This document shows positions 60,093 to 64,000 of a stretch of 64,000 bases of DNA, in pieces; positions within the stretch are counted from its first letter, which is position 1, and the number at the start of each line of letters is the position of its first letter. The notes beneath the pieces were generated by a model. That model was given only the letters and a program-made list of their open reading frames with translations. It made no database searches and had not been told where the DNA came from. Source of the DNA: Rhizaria sp. SCN 62-66 (taxonomy: Eukaryota). The translations under genes and the position numbers were made by a program. The stretch spans positions 1 through 64,000 of the forward strand of contig MEDY01000006.1 of NCBI GenBank assembly GCA_001724265.1, in the 5' to 3' direction.

Positions 60093-63000
60093 TTACTGCC
60101 AAGCCCCCTTGACAACATGGCCAGGTTTAGAGGCATCGGGGCCTCCTCGAGTGGCATTCTGCATGGAAGCCCTTTGTCCTGTTTCGGACACCGAAGCAGC
60201 CGTTGCGTCAGTCGGAGAAAAGAACAGGGGCGCAACGGTAGCAGTGGTGCGCGAGGGCATAGCATCCGGGTTAGACTCGGGCAAAGAGGACAGCGTCAGT
60301 GACTGATGTTGCGACTGCGGCGTCCTCACCAAAGACTTCGACGGACTAACAGGGCCATTAGGGGCATATCCCCCAACGACGCTATACGTGCCTGAGGGCT
60401 TTCGCGAGTGTGGCCGCGACTCAGGTTCAGCATCCGCGAGGTAAACACGCAAGTTACTAACGTTACCGTTGCTCGCCATATCGAGCGCAGGACTGTGTGC
60501 TGCAACGAGTTGCATTGCCCCGTTCAAGATGGGACTACCGGTGGGATTCGCATTGTTGAAAGTGAGACTCGGAGCGTGGAAGCCAGGACTTGTACTCATC
60601 ACATGCGGCGGCGGCATTGCACCGCCAGCAGTATGACCAGAAACTAGGTCAACAACGGGGCTAGTCGAGGGTCCATAGTCAGCCGCAGTGTGGCTGTACA
60701 CACCGCCAGGTCCATACATAAACGCGGCGAGCTCTTTCGCACTCATGGCCATCGCGCCAAGACTGGAACTACGGCTGTGGCCAACGCGGTGCTTGTTAGA
60801 CGGGCTGATCGTTGACTGGCTCACATTCGCATGAGGAAACATGCTGCCGCACAGAACGCTGCTGCGCGGCGAGGGACCGGCGCCAATAACCGGGTTGATG
60901 TTGAGGCTGCTGCGACCGCTTACATTCCCCGCGCCGGGACCATGCAGCTGCTGCATCTGCTGCTGTGCATAAACGTGCGCCTGGGCCTGAGCCTGAGCCA
61001 GTGCGAGTGCCTGCGCCTGAGTTTGTAGTTGCGCATGCAGCATTGATGGTGACGGCTGCGCCTGCGGCTGTTGCACGTGCGAGTGCATGAAGTATCCGCC
61101 GATCTCGCTATGCTGCGCGCTGCCTGGACGGGCAACGCTGCCGGGGCGTTGGTGGTCGAAATTAGGTGACCTGCCACCAGGACCAGGGGAGCCTCTCGGG
61201 GTGGCGCGGCTACCAGCAAGCAACATGGAGGGACGCGGACTCTGCCTAATGGAAACATACGGCGGAGACTGCTGCAAGTCTGTCTGGACCTGTTGTTGAA
61301 GCTGCCGTCGCTCGTTCAATTGTTGTTGGTGCGAGGGAGAGATACGAGACACAGATGCAATAACCGGAACAGCAATAGCCGGAGCATTTACATCAACGAT
61401 GAGTGATGTTTTATCCGCAATAACAACTGTGCTGTCAAAAGCACGAAATGAGGCGTCGCGCGACTTGTTATGATGATAGTTAGACATGTGAGTCTCGCGT
61501 GAAGTTGCTACAGAAAGTTGCGGTACAGCAATAGAAGCGTCTTCATCGTCAGAGTCGTTCCCATTGTGCGAGGAGCGCGGACCACGTGCAGTCGACGCAC
61601 CAGTGGGACGGTGACTCGTGTTGCTATTAATGCTAGCGCGGGCGTTGTTGAGCTTCATGGGTGTATCATGCGTGGTTGCAGGCGTCGCCGTCATGGTCGA
61701 CGGAGCCTGCAGCGAGCTGCTCACTGCACTGCAACCCTCTGCAGGGACACTATGGCCGCGATCAGCAACATCCGTATTAGTTCCCGGGCTCAACGTCGCG
61801 GCTTGTGGAACTGTGCGAGTTTGACTATGCACAGGACTGACGCGCCTGTCATCGTGCACGCGGCTTACATCGCCCGGGTTCACTGTCACATCAAGAATAC
61901 TCTCGCCAGCGGCAACAGCATTCCCGAAAAGACCTGCACTGACGCGAGTGTTCTCCTTGCCCGCGTTGGCTGCTGCGCGGGCTTGTTCCATGGCCTGGAG
62001 GCTGACGCCATGGACATGAGTTCTCTGGTAGTACTGGTTATCAGGAAGCATGGGGTTGTTCGCATTGCTAGGTGTGGTGTTATTACTGCTGCCGTTAAGC
62101 ATAGCATGCCGCGCTACACCGCCGTGCCAGCCGCCGCCAGTGATATCCAATAGGAACTCCGTCGTGTTGGTACGGACCGAGACGTTGTTGCTCTGCCCCT
62201 GTGGTGGCGCAAAAGGTGAGTCACCGACGGACCGGTTTGCAGGACTGTGGCCATTTTTAGGGGTGGCTGAGAGTGTGGTCGATCCGCGGACCCCGGGACT
62301 CGTCCCGGGCACGGTGACAATAAGAGGCGCCGGCGCACGAACAACGCCAGCACCTGCAGAGCCAACAGGAGCCTTTGCGCTTGATTCATGAATGATTGGG
62401 AGCTTTGGACTCCCGCCAACACCGGGACGAGCGTTAGCAGCAGCACTGTTGTTACCGTCGCCGGACGAATGGCGCTGCTGACTCAAAGTCATAGCAGGCG
62501 GAGTTGTGGGGGAAAAGGGATTGACCTGACACTTGATCACAGCACGGTGATAATGTGTCGCTTTTCCGCATACACCCGTGCCCTGCTTGAGAAGACTGAC
62601 TTTCGGCATCGGCGGCGAAGGCGTGAACATCCCGTCCTCTTGATCGTCGAAGTCATCCCCATTATTAATCACTGCACTCGAAGCAGGAAGTGGAACGACA
62701 TCAGGAACCGAAGTTAACTTGTGCTCCTCATCATCGTCGATATCATCCTCACAATCGACGTTGACATCATCGTCATCATCAGTGACGCAGTCACTGTCAC
62801 ATTCATGCTCTTCGTCGCATTGCTCACCCTCATGTTCACCTTCGATAACAGCCCCAAGCCCAGCAGCAGCAACAACAACGTCGTTAGTTAAGTCAATTGT
62901 GCCATCAACCCCAGGCTGAGTACCTAGCGCACCTGCACTTGCGGAGTCACTGTCGGCCATAGGTGCAGACGCTGCTGTAGGAGGAGCAGTATGTGAACCG

Positions 63001-64000
63001 TGATGCCCGCTAACCGCGCTACCTCCAACGGCAGCGCCGTGACTGGTACTGTCGTTGATCTGCGGCGACGTGTGATTGCTCGCGATGCTCTCAAGTGTCA
63101 GTGCTTGACGCAGCTTCGTCTTAGCGCGCAACCGCGCGCGCTGCATCTTGGCCTCCTCTTTGGCACCGCTAGGTCGGCGGAAACAGCAGTAGAACCGTCT
63201 CACCGGCGCACAAGCGCCTTCACCCTCCGCGCTGGCTACAGTCGTCGTCGTTGTCGTCGTCGTTGTCGACAGGGGCGACTGGGCCTCAAGTGGTGACGGC
63301 ACATAAGGAGTGAACGTAATTTCTTCCTCGCCCTCGTTGATAACAGTAGTTCCAATGTTGCGTGAGGCTGTGTTGGCAAGTGGTTTGCGTTTGTACGCGT
63401 AGGCTTCGCCCCATAGCTCTTTCTTGTTGTCCTCTTCAACAACAGTCACCGCAACGCTCCCAAACTGCCTCTGCTGCACATATTGCAGCGGCGTGCGTTG
63501 CACAGAGCGGTTCGCAGCAGAGGTGGATGAAGCGACCGTGGCGCTGATCGACGGCGTATACACTGCAACCGTGAGCTCAGCATCCGCAGGCGTGATGGTT
63601 GAGTGTGGAGGAGGCACCAGCAACGCGCTCTGCCGCCTCGATGCGGACCCACTCGGAACGCCCACGCGGCCGCGCGCAGCGACTGCACCGGCTGGCGGTG
63701 GGAAAATAAGATGCGCGTGCGATTGAGAGCGCAAATAAGACGTCGACTGCAAGAGCTCCCGGGCGGCAATGAATGACACTGAGCCGGGTAGCGTTGGCTG
63801 ATTACTACTTGCGGCAGACACTGCCTCTGAACTGGTTTGTTGTTGTGCTCGGTTAACACTGTTTTGAGCGATACCAGGAACTTGAAGAGTAAGAGAAGCA
63901 ATACTACCACCACGTTCACGGCCGATATCATGACCACTATTGCCGTATGTCAGCAAGTTGTCATCGACAGTGCGTGTCGCGTCGCCGGAGATAGAGTAAG
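60093..64000 (-). CDS. 3' part of a large low-complexity (S/P/Q/A-rich) protein of unknown function; 5' end lies outside the window
   Basis: 1287-codon ORF whose frame stays open to the window edge (YSISGDATRTVDDNL...). No recognisable domain. Ends TAA, followed by AT-rich sequence. Confidence 0.75.
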   Translation of the reverse strand, partial: YSISGDATRTVDDNLLTYGNSGHDIGRERGGSIASLTLQVPGIAQNSVNRAQQQTSSEAVSAASSNQPTLPGSVSFIAARELLQSTSYLRSQSHAHLIFPPPAGAVAARGRVGVPSGSASRRQSALLVPPPHSTITPADAELTVAVYTPSISATVASSTSAANRSVQRTPLQYVQQRQFGSVAVTVVEEDNKKELWGEAYAYKRKPLANTASRNIGTTVINEGEEEITFTPYVPSPLEAQSPLSTTTTTTTTTVASAEGEGACAPVRRFYCCFRRPSGAKEEAKMQRARLRAKTKLRQALTLESIASNHTSPQINDSTSHGAAVGGSAVSGHHGSHTAPPTAASAPMADSDSASAGALGTQPGVDGTIDLTNDVVVAAAGLGAVIEGEHEGEQCDEEHECDSDCVTDDDDDVNVDCEDDIDDDEEHKLTSVPDVVPLPASSAVINNGDDFDDQEDGMFTPSPPMPKVSLLKQGTGVCGKATHYHRAVIKCQVNPFSPTTPPAMTLSQQRHSSGDGNNSAAANARPGVGGSPKLPIIHESSAKAPVGSAGAGVVRAPAPLIVTVPGTSPGVRGSTTLSATPKNGHSPANRSVGDSPFAPPQGQSNNVSVRTNTTEFLLDITGGGWHGGVARHAMLNGSSNNTTPSNANNPMLPDNQYYQRTHVHGVSLQAMEQARAAANAGKENTRVSAGLFGNAVAAGESILDVTVNPGDVSRVHDDRRVSPVHSQTRTVPQAATLSPGTNTDVADRGHSVPAEGCSAVSSSLQAPSTMTATPATTHDTPMKLNNARASINSNTSHRPTGASTARGPRSSHNGNDSDDEDASIAVPQLSVATSRETHMSNYHHNKSRDASFRAFDSTVVIADKTSLIVDVNAPAIAVPVIASVSRISPSHQQQLNERRQLQQQVQTDLQQSPPYVSIRQSPRPSMLLAGSRATPRGSPGPGGRSPNFDHQRPGSVARPGSAQHSEIGGYFMHSHVQQPQAQPSPSMLHAQLQTQAQALALAQAQAQAHVYAQQQMQQLHGPGAGNVSGRSSLNINPVIGAGPSPRSSVLCGSMFPHANVSQSTISPSNKHRVGHSRSSSLGAMAMSAKELAAFMYGPGGVYSHTAADYGPSTSPVVDLVSGHTAGGAMPPPHVMSTSPGFHAPSLTFNNANPTGSPILNGAMQLVAAHSPALDMASNGNVSNLRVYLADAEPESRPHSRKPSGTYSVVGGYAPNGPVSPSKSLVRTPQSQHQSLTLSSLPESNPDAMPSRTTATVAPLFFSPTDATAASVSETGQRASMQNATRGGPDASKPGHVVKGAWQ

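Noticed and set aside
1-64000. Ciliate-type code (UAA and UAG both Gln), or UGA/selenocysteine recoding
   Set aside because: TAA and TGA end conserved proteins at the expected positions (e.g. LYRM4, WDR35 and the SNARE with TAA; OLA1 and SUA5 with TGA), and no internal TAA or TGA was found.
1-64000. Suppressor tRNA-CUA, other tRNA/rRNA genes, CRISPR arrays, transposons
   Set aside because: No cloverleaf, rRNA signature, regularly spaced repeat array, transposase or reverse transcriptase motif was recognisable by eye; a covariance-model scan is still needed.

Overview
Gene-dense, intron-containing eukaryotic nuclear DNA from a flagellated, mitochondriate protist (GC-rich exons, AT-richer introns and spacers; CDPK, IFT121 and a SYP7-type SNARE present). 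The exact taxon cannot be determined from the sequence. I can support 19 protein-coding genes, mostly in head-to-head pairs: RPL27 (partial), a CDPK-like kinase, SUA5, a coiled-coil protein, an A/B-type cyclin, MTO1, a PSTAIRE CDK, MPP10, a ~3500-aa type I membrane protein, a 2Fe-2S ferredoxin, an ASH2-like SPRY protein, RPA49, OLA1, an ADAT1-like deaminase, mitochondrial uL22, ISD11/LYRM4, WDR35/IFT121, a SYP7-like SNARE and a partial low-complexity protein. Main discovery: the organism appears to use a non-standard nuclear genetic code in which UAG is a sense codon (context favours Gln) while UAA and UGA remain stops. Three long genes each contain one in-frame TAG with the same frame continuing for hundreds of codons, and all 18 visible gene ends use TAA (11) or TGA (7), never TAG. 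Other observations: splice donors with an invariant +4 C (consensus GTACGT), a cyclin ending in a Ras-like basic CaaX box, an OLA1 with a mitochondrial-type presequence, and a recurrent CCAC(A/G)GTC motif in promoter regions. No rRNA, tRNA, CRISPR array or mobile element was recognised.
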